Positions 40,166-50,408 of a stretch of DNA of 64,000 bases are shown in pieces. Each line of letters opens with the position of its first letter. Position 1 is the stretch's first letter. This stretch comes from Nitrosopumilus sp. (GTDB lineage: Archaea > Thermoproteota > Nitrososphaeria > Nitrososphaerales > Nitrosopumilaceae), in NCBI GenBank assembly GCA_965204345.1, contig OZ241981.1:288001-352000 (forward strand), given 5' to 3'. The notes beneath the pieces are model-generated. The model was not told where the DNA came from and searched no databases. It saw only the letters and a list, made by a program, of their open reading frames with translations. Made by a program: the position numbers and the translations under genes.

Positions 40166-41491
40166 TTGAAAAATTCCAGCTTTGTATGGCATCCCAATAC
40201 ACAGATGAAGGAATGGGACTCTTTTGGCAAAATAAAAAGCGCCAAAGGGGTATGGCTGACAGATTCCAAAGGAGTCAAGATGATGGATGCTGTTGCATCC
40301 ATGTGGTGCAATGTATGGGGGCATTCAAATCCAGAACTGGTAAAAGCAATCACAAGCCAGGGCAAAAAACTGCAGCATTCCTCGATGTTTAATCTCACAA
40401 ATGAGCCTGCTGAAAACCTTGCAAAAAACCTGGTAAACATATCACCCGGGATGCACAGGGTGTTTTATTCAGATAACGGCTCATCTGCAATGGAGATTGC
40501 AATCAAAATTGCGCTACAATACTGGAAGAATGTTGGAGAGAGAAAGAAGACAGAGATTGCAACATTAGAAAACGGATATCATGGGGATACATTTGGCGCA
40601 ATGTCCGTAGGATATGTTCCAGAATTTTTTGGCAAGTTTAAAAAACAATTGTTTGCAACGCTGCAATTTCCGGTACCAAACAGATACAGAGTTCCAAGGG
40701 GATTTTCATTTTCAGATTATCAAAATCATTGTTTGGAAGAAATTGAAAAAACATTGTCAAAAAAAAATAATAACATGGCAGCATTTGTAATGGAAAGCGG
40801 CGCACAAGCAGCAGGAGGAGTAATAATTTATCCAAAGGGATTTCAGAAAAAGATCAGCAAGTTATGCAAAAAATATGATGTGTTGTTTGTACTAGATGAA
40901 ATTGCAACAGGTTTTGGAAGACTAGGATCCATGCTACAGTACGAAGAACAGAAAAGCATTCCAGACATTGTTGCATATGGAAAGATGCTGACAGGGGGAT
41001 ATCTGACAATGGCTGCAACCCTATCAAACAAAAAAGTCTATGATTCATTCTTGGGAGAATTTAATGATTGGAAGCACCTATTTCACGGACACACATACAC
41101 CGGAAATCCAATTGCAGCTGCTGTTGCAGAGAAAAATCTCAGGATGTATCAAAAGAACCAGCTAATTAAAAAAATTCAAAGGACATCCAAAGTTTTTGAA
41201 GAATTCTATCAGGAAATTTCAGATATTGACATAGTCGGAGACATCAGACACAAGGGCATGATGATGGGCATAGAACTAGTCACAGATAAGAAGAAGAAAA
41301 CCCCAATTCACCCTAAAAAATCAATCAACAAGATATTCTTTGAGGAGGGAAGAAAACAGGGAATCTATCTTAGAACACTAGGCAACATAGTCATGCTAGT
41401 TCCACCACTAGCAATCTCAGAAAACGAGCTAGACTTACTCTTGCAAAAAACAGTTAGGACTATAAAATCTGCAAGAGCAAGAGTTGTTTGA
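40166..41491 (+). CDS. bioA: adenosylmethionine-8-amino-7-oxononanoate aminotransferase
   Basis: WHPNTQM, YHGDT, DEIATGFGR, GKMLTGGY. Confidence 0.95.
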   Translation: MKNSSFVWHPNTQMKEWDSFGKIKSAKGVWLTDSKGVKMMDAVASMWCNVWGHSNPELVKAITSQGKKLQHSSMFNLTNEPAENLAKNLVNISPGMHRVFYSDNGSSAMEIAIKIALQYWKNVGERKKTEIATLENGYHGDTFGAMSVGYVPEFFGKFKKQLFATLQFPVPNRYRVPRGFSFSDYQNHCLEEIEKTLSKKNNNMAAFVMESGAQAAGGVIIYPKGFQKKISKLCKKYDVLFVLDEIATGFGRLGSMLQYEEQKSIPDIVAYGKMLTGGYLTMAATLSNKKVYDSFLGEFNDWKHLFHGHTYTGNPIAAAVAEKNLRMYQKNQLIKKIQRTSKVFEEFYQEISDIDIVGDIRHKGMMMGIELVTDKKKKTPIHPKKSINKIFFEEGRKQGIYLRTLGNIVMLVPPLAISENELDLLLQKTVRTIKSARARVV

Positions 41492-41494
41492 CTG

Positions 41495-41593
41495 TTAACC
41501 CCCCCCCCTCCTCCACGCATCACAAGGTCACCATCAATAATGATAAATAACTACAGTTATGGCTGTCGCTGTTTGTGAATTTAAAAATAACTA
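41495..41593 (+). pseudogene. S8 promoter and first codons, cut by a transposon end
   Basis: caataatgataaataac...atggctgtcgc...gtgaatttaaaaataac matches 14367-14424; C10 run upstream. Confidence 0.7.
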
Positions 41594-42326
41594 TGCTGTT
41601 CAGTCTTAGAGGCTTTTTAACATGGGGTTAAATCAGGGATTTTTTGTGTAAATTTTTCATGATTATTCTCAAATTTACCATTTAAATCGAGTCACTTTTG
41701 TTTCTGAAGTAAAATCAGGGTAATTTCTGTATACATAACGCAGTGTACCATCAATTGTCCATTCATCCCAAATTTCTTTACTATCCTGTAATTTTTTTAA
41801 ATCAAGTTGTAAATCGGTAATTCTTTTTTTAATTTGAGATTAACCTTCATCCGTTATACGGTATAGAGATCCTTCACCTTTTCTTTTGATAACTTTAATC
41901 AGTTCCTCTTCTTGCAATATTTTCACAGTATCGGCAATTATTTTGCTATATGCATCATATCGATATAGAAAATATCCAAAGTCAATAGCTTGCTCAGAAA
42001 ATACTTCTTTTGATGTAAGAAATACTTGTTTTTGTAATACCGTAATACCCTTTATTGGAGCAATATGAAGAACCAACAAAACTATATCATTACCAAATAA
42101 CAGAATTTTACACCTTGCCCCGATTAATCATACAAGCATATTACTACACGGAAGACAAGGTGCATGCGTCATCATTTATAGTGGGCGTGATTATTATTTA
42201 TACCTCCTTCCAAGATTGAACAGTGTACTATTTTATTTGTCAAAATCATTATTTCATGCCTAAATTCCATCACTTCAATTCTCTTCTAGTTTAGTGGATT
42301 TGAAAGGCTCCTAAGGCTGAACAGTG
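41594..42326. mobile_element. non-autonomous transposon derivative
   Basis: left end TA-tgctgttcagtcttagaggc; inverted ends aagattgaacagtg-TA (42212-42227) and ctaaggctgaacagtg (42311-42326). Confidence 0.6.
41840..42079 (-). pseudogene. winged-helix-like fragment
   Basis: GITVLQKQVFL...YDAYSKII...YRITDEG; appears truncated. Confidence 0.4.
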
Positions 42327-42380
42327 CCAGATGGTCCTATCATCTTCTACAAATTGTAAGAGCCATGTCGGTTAAAAAAA

Positions 42381-42710
42381 CTATTTTTTAGATCTTGATT
42401 TGTTATTTGAATAGATTTTATACAAAATTATAATCAAGATGCCAGAATTTATCAAAAACAGTATCAAGATAACAAAAGTATTAGGGATACATTGGGGATG
42501 GTATGGTATGAATGCACCAAGTCCAAAGATTGCAACATCTTGAACTACTAAATGTCCAAAGAGTGTTGATGCTGCAGCAACAATAATAACACCAACATAG
42601 CCAAAAATTAAACCCAATATGCGCTCACACTATACATTCCCTTTCTCGCAGCAACAATAATAACACCAACATAGCCAAAAATTAATCTAAAAAAAGGGGT
42701 TAGGATGCAT
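42381..42710 (-). pseudogene. small two-TM membrane protein disrupted by a repeat-spacer insertion
   Basis: ATG at 42710 just after the upstream stop; LIFGYVGVIIVA coded twice, 74 bp apart. Confidence 0.55.
42574..42685. repeat. perfect 38-bp direct repeat separated by a 36-bp spacer (74-bp period)
   Basis: gcagcaacaataataacaccaacatagccaaaaattaa at 42574-42611 and 42648-42685. Confidence 0.92.
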
Positions 42711-42711
42711 A

Positions 42712-43464
42712 TTACCATGCACCGTATACGAAATCTACATCGACATCATACCAAGTTGTGCCACCCTGAATGTTGCTGAATGCATGAAAACCTCTTGCAT
42801 CATCTACTCCATTCAGATAATAATGATTCGTACCATATTGAACATCACCATGTATGAATTCATGTGGTACAAAACACCAGTAGCTATAGTACCAGTTGGC
42901 ATGCCAATTTACATCAATAACACTTGGAGTTACAGTTGCAGAAAATACAGCATAATTACTTCCAAAACAAGCTGAGTATCTATCGTACAGACTTAGATTA
43001 TTTGGAGTGCCTATCTCTCTATCATGCAAATCAATACGAGCACCATTAATGTCTGAATGACCTGAACCATCACCAACAGCTCCTGTAGAAACATCTGTGA
43101 ATGTTTCATGGATACCAAGGTTGTGGTTAATCAAAGTGTATGTATCATTATCATTGACAAGTATTCTGAAATTCTCTGCACTTTGTTTTTCTCCGTCTAT
43201 CTTGGTTACTGTCTTCACATGGTATTTTTGATCTGAAATCTGACGAGTTTTTGTGACAACAGATACAGTTTCACCATCAAAAGTCTTTTCTTGGATGTTC
43301 TTACCTGGTTGAGATATGAGATTTTCTATATATTCTACTACAACAGGATCGTAGATTGTTGTTTGTTCTTCAGCTGATGCATCGTTAATACTTAATGGCA
43401 ATATAATTGCAGCAATCAGGGATGTAAACAGAATTGTTTTTGTTTTATTTGTTATGTTTTTCAT
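42712..43464 (-). CDS. secreted hypothetical protein
   Basis: signal peptide KTKTILFTSLIAAIILP...ASA; 250 aa. Confidence 0.8.
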   Translation of the reverse strand: MKNITNKTKTILFTSLIAAIILPLSINDASAEEQTTIYDPVVVEYIENLISQPGKNIQEKTFDGETVSVVTKTRQISDQKYHVKTVTKIDGEKQSAENFRILVNDNDTYTLINHNLGIHETFTDVSTGAVGDGSGHSDINGARIDLHDREIGTPNNLSLYDRYSACFGSNYAVFSATVTPSVIDVNWHANWYYSYWCFVPHEFIHGDVQYGTNHYYLNGVDDARGFHAFSNIQGGTTWYDVDVDFVYGAW

Positions 43465-43851
43465 GTTATTACTAACCCCTATGTGCTTTCGTTATTTAAG
43501 CAGTTTTATTGAGTTACGGCATGCTTCTTTTTCAGCCAATTTACGGTGCATGCCAAATTTTTTTATTCTCCATAAACATTATTTCTGCAGTTTCAAACCC
43601 TTCAGGAAATTCCTAATGTTGGCAATCAGTAGCGTCAGTGCAAAGAATGTAATGATAAATTTGAGCCATAGTAAGAAAATGTTGTCTAAACAGGCCAAAA
43701 AAACGTCGAAGATAAATTAGATAATTTAAGAAAAACATCTCTTCGCAATACATCGGCAGACAAAGATGGAATTGACATCAAGGATGATAATCATTTTGAC
43801 AATTCAAAACGCAAAATTACAAATATATAAAAAAATAAATCAAAAATTGGG

Positions 43852-44013
43852 CTATCCTTCAGATATGCTTTTAGAACCACACACTTTGCATTTGCCGTCA
43901 AGTTTGGATGTCTTTGTGTTTACTGTGATCTTGTGGCTTGAAAACACATGACCACAGCCATACTTATCCTTTGATTTCACTAATTTGATTGTTGAAATCT
44001 TACTTTCTTCCAT
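43852..44013 (-). CDS. small Zn-binding protein (53 aa), paralog of 17067..17231
   Basis: GCGHVFSSHKITVNTKTSKLDGKCKVC. Confidence 0.55.
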   Translation of the reverse strand: MEESKISTIKLVKSKDKYGCGHVFSSHKITVNTKTSKLDGKCKVCGSKSISEG

Positions 44014-44084
44014 CTATTAATTCATGATTTTAATCTACAATAAGTGCCTTTTTGAGTTAGCTCACGAAGGTGTTACAGAAACCT

Positions 44085-44222
44085 CTAACTAACACACCAA
44101 CCCTTGAATGTAAAAGTCAACGTATCTAAATTATGCTAGATTCCATGTCCCGAATTGAACACTAGGGGCAAATGTACACTGTTCAATCTTAGAGACTTTT
44201 CAACAGGGTGTTAAATTAGGGT
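44085..44222. mobile_element. nested ends: right end of element 1 type interrupted by the end of the second transposon
   Basis: 44085-44175 matches 3420-3507 (ttatgctagattccatgtcccgaattg...caaatgt), then TA-cactgttcaatcttagagac. Confidence 0.75.
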
Positions 44223-44453
44223 CTTTTTGTGTTAAGTTAGGTGCTTTTCGTATTGAAAAAATAAATGGGATTTTTAATTACTGTTTTTGCAAATCTTGTA
44301 ATCTTCTTCAAGTAAATCCTCCAACATACCAATTAGTTAAGGCGGATTCCCCACAACGACTAGGATTCCACTATAAGAAATTCTATGGTTTCCTTTAGTC
44401 TTTTGACTATTTCTTGATTGGATACTTTGATGCCTGTCTTTAGGAAACTAGCT

Positions 44454-45800
44454 TTAGGAAACTAGTTTGAGCCAACAGCTATCCTTTCCGTTAGACAGCC
44501 AGCTAAACTCATGCAGCCTTAGAATATCATTAATCTCACGCCAGATGTGTTTGTCGATCCAGCGTTTTGGTGTTATTTTTATGGAATCGCCTTCATTAAC
44601 TATTGTCACTTTCTTGACTCTCTTTCCCAGATTGTTTACAAAGTTTGGCTTGTTTCCAGCCTGTTTTATCAAATCCAGATATTTGTCTTGACCTAGATTC
44701 AAGTCAATATTTGCAGCTTGAGCCGGTGTCTTGCCATCTAGTCCCTGATGGGGCTTTACAAAGTTATGATTGATTTTGAGTAGCTCTGCAAAGTTTTGTG
44801 CAGATTCATCATTGCCCAGCCCACGTCTGGCTTTTAGCCTCTCTCTAATCTCATTGTGGTATCTCTCTATTGGCCTGTTAACAAAGCCGTCCTTGAGTGA
44901 CCTTGTCCTGATGTGTGCAGCTCTGTTTTCAAATTCTTTTCTGATTGCTTCCTGATACGAGTTTAGCGAATCAGTCAGAACATAGTTTGGATTCCGTGAT
45001 GTGATTTTCTTGCCACTTGCAATAATCTTTCTTGCATCTGCAATCTCTCTTTTCTTTGAGACCTCAGTAGCTATCAGGAATCTGGTCTTTGGATCAATTA
45101 TGCTCCAAAGCCAGTCATGGAATCCCTTGCCTGTCTTCTTTGTATTTTTGACATTCAAATACATCTCATCCAAGCTCCACACATCAGATAATTCGGGATA
45201 AAATGATTCCACATATTCCTTGATTATGAGGGTGTATTTCTTTATCCAGTTTCTCACAGACACATGACTAATCTCAACCTCGTGTGCAGAGTAGACATGC
45301 CGTGCAATATTTCTGTATGAGACACCAGACGTGACCAGATTAAGACACTCGGAAATTATTTTTGGATCAGATGAAACTTTGGAGAATCCGTTCTCGCCCA
45401 GGATGAATTTACGATTACACTGCTTGCAGCCATATTTTTGCCTCTTTGTACCGTTCTTTAGTTTCCTAAATCCGCGTTTGACTATTGTAGTGGAGCTGCA
45501 TTTTGGACAGACTTGAGGCTGTTCTGTTCTCTCTACCCTGCTTTGGGTTTGAATGGCATCCTGTAATATGATGCAAGATTCAATATGCTTGCAGTGCTTG
45601 TCATCTAATTTTCTTAACCTGTAATGAAAGTCTCTGCACTCACAAGTCCACACATCTGCATCCTGTAATTTTTTGATGTTATATTTTTTATCTGAGTTTT
45701 GTGATTTTACAACATAGTGATTGCTTGTAATCTTTCTAATCGAGTTTGTCTTTGCGAAGATCTGTGCTGCCTTTTGTTTTCTTTTACTGTTTGTGTACAT
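44454..45800 (-). CDS. DDE transposase (homolog of 1922..3259)
   Basis: same SWIM, Zn ribbon and DDE motifs. Confidence 0.9.
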   Translation of the reverse strand: MYTNSKRKQKAAQIFAKTNSIRKITSNHYVVKSQNSDKKYNIKKLQDADVWTCECRDFHYRLRKLDDKHCKHIESCIILQDAIQTQSRVERTEQPQVCPKCSSTTIVKRGFRKLKNGTKRQKYGCKQCNRKFILGENGFSKVSSDPKIISECLNLVTSGVSYRNIARHVYSAHEVEISHVSVRNWIKKYTLIIKEYVESFYPELSDVWSLDEMYLNVKNTKKTGKGFHDWLWSIIDPKTRFLIATEVSKKREIADARKIIASGKKITSRNPNYVLTDSLNSYQEAIRKEFENRAAHIRTRSLKDGFVNRPIERYHNEIRERLKARRGLGNDESAQNFAELLKINHNFVKPHQGLDGKTPAQAANIDLNLGQDKYLDLIKQAGNKPNFVNNLGKRVKKVTIVNEGDSIKITPKRWIDKHIWREINDILRLHEFSWLSNGKDSCWLKLVS

Positions 45801-45896
45801 AACTATTAGTGAACCCTAACAGTGTATTTAAATTTTGATATTAGTGGTGATCACCTTTAGTGAATGTTTTTATATGAGTAGTAATCACCTTCGGTG

Positions 45897-46034
45897 ATGC
45901 CAACAGTTACACGCAGTGTATGGAAATGTTGCAGGTGCGGTCATGAGTGGCTCTCACGCGACGGTGAAAAGCCACTAAGATGTGCCAGGTGCAAGAATGT
46001 CTACTGGGATCGTGCTCCAAAAAAATCAAAGTGA
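45897..46034 (+). CDS. small double-CxxC Zn-ribbon protein (45 aa) divergent from the transposase
   Basis: MPTVTRSVWKCCRCGHEWLSRDGEKPLRCARCKNVYWDRAPKKSK; palindromic ggtgatcacc / atcaccttcggtgat upstream. Confidence 0.7.
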   Translation: MPTVTRSVWKCCRCGHEWLSRDGEKPLRCARCKNVYWDRAPKKSK

Positions 46035-46462
46035 TGATTTATGGCAGTCAGTGGAAAAATCGATTATGAAAGATGGTGTAAACCAGAATTCTTAGGGAAA
46101 TTAAAAAATTAAACAGGAGAGAAAAAAAATGGCTTGGTTTGGGATGTGGAGAAAATTAGAGAGGTTTTTTCTGTTGTGTGTTGAAAAAAAATAAAGACCC
46201 TCTCTGTATTTCAAACCGGGAATTCATATGCAAATGTTAATTTTATAATCAGACTCTAGATTGTTAATCTTCATAACCAAGTCTAAAATATGCTTGGAGT
46301 GGCTTGGTCAATTGTATCACCAGATGAGCCAATTATGTGCATTTTTTGGTGCATTTTTCATATTTATTCTCAAAAATTGATTTGGCATCTCCTTTGGTTT
46401 TAGAAAACAACAAAGCATTTGATAGCACTCCTAATATAGTATGCCAAAAAACCAACAAACCG

Positions 46463-47737
46463 ATGCGGATTCTGCTTGCCATATCCATTGTATCACTTTT
46501 TGGAGTTGCCAGTGCATATGCTGAGATTGCCTCCCCCTATGAGCAGCTAAAATCCGGTGTGCCACTATATGAAATCCAGTGTGAGTATCAAAAGACTCTG
46601 TTGGAATCTCCTAGGAACAACAAGCCGGTATGTGTGAAAAGTGATACGGCAGACATACTGGTAGAGCGGGGCTGGTTCATGATAAAAATATTTGATGAGA
46701 TGCCAACTGCTGAGTTACCAGTTGATGAGCTGCATATAGCAACTACCATCAACCAGACAGAGGGCAGCTCATATGCTGTCTCTGATCCTGTACAGACAGA
46801 GACATACTATCCTCACCTGGGAGACCCGTATGTTATGTCATTCTATGGTACTGACGACCGCATAGATCTATCTGGAATCAAACCACTTCCTGAAGGTGTC
46901 CATCTTCCCACAACCATAGAAAACTATGAGCGTATCATGCAGAAAATACTTGATGGCATAGACGACAAACTGATACTTCCAAATCCTGAAGGTCCAAGAT
47001 ATGACTATGTTATTGACACCTTGTATGGAGGTTCAGTACTAGGAGACCGGCTGAACTATACATACTATACAGAACAAGGAAATATTATCAGGCCATATAG
47101 TATTGCTAGAATAGAGCTGATAATATTAGAACCTGATGAAATATTCAGATCAGATTATTTAGATAAAAAATGGCACGAATATGGCTCCCTTGACCAAAAG
47201 GATGAGCTTGCATTTGCCAAAAATCTAACGGCAGGTCCAGAAAAATTCATACAAACCTTTGTAGAAAAATCAGGATTGCCAAGGATAGTAAAGACACAAC
47301 ATGATTTTGACCGTTCATGGATAATTCTTGAACATGGTGAAATAAAAATGCGAATGGAATGGAATAACATGCACATGTATTTTAAATATAAGGAAAACCC
47401 TGACTTTTTCCCGTTGGGAACAAATAAGATGCGTCAACTAATGCATCAGTTTGCTATTGATAATGCACATGTAATAGATCGAGAAAGGTGTGACCTTGTC
47501 CTATACGATAGCAAGGATGATCTCAAAAAGGTTTCAGTTTCATCCCATCGAGCAGGAATTCCCATATGGAAAGCAGTTGTGGGAACATGTGATCCAATTT
47601 TGAATCATCCTACAGATGTCTTATATATTCGCATGGAAGGCATAACAGGGGAGATTGGTTGGTTTCCTAATGCTCCGAGAATAGATGACTGGATTAACAA
47701 GATAAACATTCCAGAACATGCCAAGGTAAGGGGATAA
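46463..47737 (+). CDS. secreted protein of family X (copy 3)
   Basis: paralog of 6093 and 8005; downstream scaffold position replaced by a transposon end at 47829. Confidence 0.85.
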   Translation: MRILLAISIVSLFGVASAYAEIASPYEQLKSGVPLYEIQCEYQKTLLESPRNNKPVCVKSDTADILVERGWFMIKIFDEMPTAELPVDELHIATTINQTEGSSYAVSDPVQTETYYPHLGDPYVMSFYGTDDRIDLSGIKPLPEGVHLPTTIENYERIMQKILDGIDDKLILPNPEGPRYDYVIDTLYGGSVLGDRLNYTYYTEQGNIIRPYSIARIELIILEPDEIFRSDYLDKKWHEYGSLDQKDELAFAKNLTAGPEKFIQTFVEKSGLPRIVKTQHDFDRSWIILEHGEIKMRMEWNNMHMYFKYKENPDFFPLGTNKMRQLMHQFAIDNAHVIDRERCDLVLYDSKDDLKKVSVSSHRAGIPIWKAVVGTCDPILNHPTDVLYIRMEGITGEIGWFPNAPRIDDWINKINIPEHAKVRG

Positions 47738-48115
47738 AACAGGCAGAATAACTGTACATTACACCTCAAAAAGCAAAGATTAACCATCCACATATGACCA
47801 AAAACTGATTCTCAGGATACAAATTTTGTACACTTCAATCTTAGAGGCTTTTCAAGTGGGAAAACTAGGAAAGAATCAAAGTATCAAAGTTTAAGCGTAA
47901 AATCACCAATTTTAATAAATAAGATAAATGGAAACAGACAATTAATGCTATTTTTTCACAATTTACTTGGATTATCTTGGAGATGCTAAAAAACATTTTT
48001 TTACCGTTAACTCCTAGTAATCTTGGAGGTTAACGCATTTCATGATAACAGTGACTGTAAAGGAAAGAGTCAGACCAGACTCATTGTTATAAATGGAATA
48101 ATCCCACAATTTGTC

Positions 48116-49093
48116 ATGAGCGCATCAGAATTCATCAAAGAGTCTCAGGAAAAGATATTTTCAGGAATTGGAATTTCTGCAGATGATGCAAGAAGATTAT
48201 TGAATGTTCCAGAAGAATATCTAGATGAATTGGCAAGATGTGCCAATGAGATAAGACTGGAATTTAACGGGAAAAAAGTAGACGTTGAACAGTTAAACAA
48301 CATTAAAAAAAATGCATGCAGTGAAGACTGTACCTTTTGTGGTCAATCTGCATTTTTTGATACAGGCATAGAGACATACCAACTACCAGTATCAGACGAA
48401 GTAGTAGGCAAAGCTCAAAAGGCAAAAGAGGACGGTGCAGAATCATATTGTCTGGTTGCAGCATGGCGAGAACCATCGCCAAAAGATTTTGAAAAGGTTT
48501 GTGCAATAATTAGTCAAATCAATGACAAGGTAGGAATAAGCGTAGAGTGCAGCTTGGGATTTCTTACCACAGGGCAAGCAAAAAAACTAAAAGAACTCAA
48601 GGTAAAAAGATATAATCATAACTTAGAAACTGCAAAATCAAAGTTTCCAGAAATATGTACAACCCACACATATGAGGACAGGCTAAAGACATTAGAGATT
48701 GCAAGAAAGGCTGGTTTGGAGTTATGCACCGGTGGAATTATAGGTTTGGGAGAGACTAGAGAGCAAAGGTTAGAGTTGGCAGTGGAGCTAGGAAGACTAT
48801 ACCCAGAAGAGGTTACAATCAACATTCTCGTTCCAATGCCTGGGACGCCACTAGAATTACAAGCAGACCTGCCAAACTCTGAAATAGTAAGAATATTTTC
48901 AGTTATAAGATTTCTATTACCAGAGTCTGTGATTAAGATTTCAGGGGGAAGAGAATCAAAATTGGATGATTCCGGAGAAGAACTGCTTCAAAGCGGGGCA
49001 AACGGAATAATTACCGAAGGATACTTGACCATGGGCGGAAACGAGGCCAAAGAAGATCGCAAACTAATAGAGAAGATTGGCCTCCAAGCATAA
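48116..49093 (+). CDS. bioB: biotin synthase
   Basis: CSEDCTFCGQS, YNHNLET, CTGGIIGLGE. Confidence 0.95.
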   Translation: MSASEFIKESQEKIFSGIGISADDARRLLNVPEEYLDELARCANEIRLEFNGKKVDVEQLNNIKKNACSEDCTFCGQSAFFDTGIETYQLPVSDEVVGKAQKAKEDGAESYCLVAAWREPSPKDFEKVCAIISQINDKVGISVECSLGFLTTGQAKKLKELKVKRYNHNLETAKSKFPEICTTHTYEDRLKTLEIARKAGLELCTGGIIGLGETREQRLELAVELGRLYPEEVTINILVPMPGTPLELQADLPNSEIVRIFSVIRFLLPESVIKISGGRESKLDDSGEELLQSGANGIITEGYLTMGGNEAKEDRKLIEKIGLQA

Positions 49094-50210
49094 ACTAAAT
49101 TTCGTAGATTTGGAATTACAAAGTCTAAAACAAAATAATCTCTACAGAAAGCTGCAGTATGGAACCCTGTCAAAATCCAGAATTCAAATGCATGGCAAAA
49201 GTTTATTGAATTTATGCTCTAATGACTATTTGGGAATACCTGCAACAAGAACACAAATCAAACAGTTACAATCAAGCTCCAGACTGGTATCAGGCAATGA
49301 CGAATCTTATAAAAAATTAGAAGAAAAGCTTTCAAAGCACAAGTCGCAGCAGGGCAGCCTGATTTATCCAACAGGATACATGGCAAACCTCGGGGTGATT
49401 TCAACCATAGCAGGCAAGGGAGATGTAATTTTCAGCGACGAGCTAAACCATGCAAGCATCATAGAATCGTGCAAGTTATCAAATGCAAAGACGGTAATTT
49501 ACAGACACAATGACATGGAAGATCTAAACAAGAAAATCAGGCAAAAAGGGAGCAAAAAGATCATCATAACTGAAGGGGTGTTTAGCATGGACGGTGATTT
49601 CTCACCACTAAAAGAAATTGTAAAAGTGGCAGAAAAATCAGAGGCAATTACAGTGGTAGATGATGCGCATGGTGATTTTGTTATTGGCAGCGATGGAAAG
49701 GGGACGCCAGATCATTTCAAGGTTGCAAAAAAAGTTGACATGTATATCAGTAGCCTAAGTAAGGGGCTAGGATCGTTTGGGGGATACGTATCTGCGCAAA
49801 ATAACGTAATTGACTTGTGCATAAACAAGTCAAAGTCATTTATCTATACCTCTGCACTGCCGTCTTTCTTGATTGAATATTCTAAAGCAAGATTTGAGTC
49901 AGACAGGCAAAGACAGATGAAAAAATTGGAAAAAAACAGAAAACAGATTACAGGAGGCCTAAAACAGATAGGATATCACACAAGGTCCCCAACACAGATT
50001 ATTCCAATAGTTGTAGGTAGTGAAAAAAAGGCATTAGAATTTGGAAGGTTTCTATCTGATAATGGGATATTTGCACAGCCAATCAGATACCCAACAGTTC
50101 CAAAAAATCAGGCAAGACTGCGCATTTCAGTCACAGCATGGCTGTCAAATACAGAGATTGAAAATGCACTAAGAATTTTTGAGAAAGGATACAAAAGATT
50201 CTATAACTGA
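49077..50210 (+). CDS. bioF: 8-amino-7-oxononanoate synthase
   Basis: SNDYLG, DELNHASII, DDAH, SLSKGLG. Confidence 0.93.
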   Translation: MASKHKLNFVDLELQSLKQNNLYRKLQYGTLSKSRIQMHGKSLLNLCSNDYLGIPATRTQIKQLQSSSRLVSGNDESYKKLEEKLSKHKSQQGSLIYPTGYMANLGVISTIAGKGDVIFSDELNHASIIESCKLSNAKTVIYRHNDMEDLNKKIRQKGSKKIIITEGVFSMDGDFSPLKEIVKVAEKSEAITVVDDAHGDFVIGSDGKGTPDHFKVAKKVDMYISSLSKGLGSFGGYVSAQNNVIDLCINKSKSFIYTSALPSFLIEYSKARFESDRQRQMKKLEKNRKQITGGLKQIGYHTRSPTQIIPIVVGSEKKALEFGRFLSDNGIFAQPIRYPTVPKNQARLRISVTAWLSNTEIENALRIFEKGYKRFYN

Positions 50211-50311
50211 CGTATAGCATCAAAGCCTCCAATTGCAGGAGAGCCCATAATGACAGCAACTAGAATTGCAATTCCCAAAACAATTCCAACAATGATGAAT
50301 CGTTTATTCAT
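50201..50311 (-). CDS. small single-TM protein (36 aa)
   Basis: MNKRFIIVGIVLGIAILVAVIMGSPAIGGFDAIRQL. Confidence 0.5.
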   Translation of the reverse strand: MNKRFIIVGIVLGIAILVAVIMGSPAIGGFDAIRQL

Positions 50312-50408
50312 ATCAAAAGGGAACCACAGCCTAGTTAAAAATGGATTGTATTAACATTGGGGAAAGATATGGAAGAAGGCTTTAAAGGAAAAATTGCAAA
50401 ATGAGTTC

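Noticed and set aside
13804-42685. Bona fide CRISPR arrays
   Set aside because: Only two repeats each, unrelated to one another, derived from coding sequence; no leader or cas genes seen.
6093-47737. Diversity-generating retroelement explaining family X variation
   Set aside because: No reverse transcriptase in the window; differences include indels and are not restricted to adenines; no TR/VR pair.
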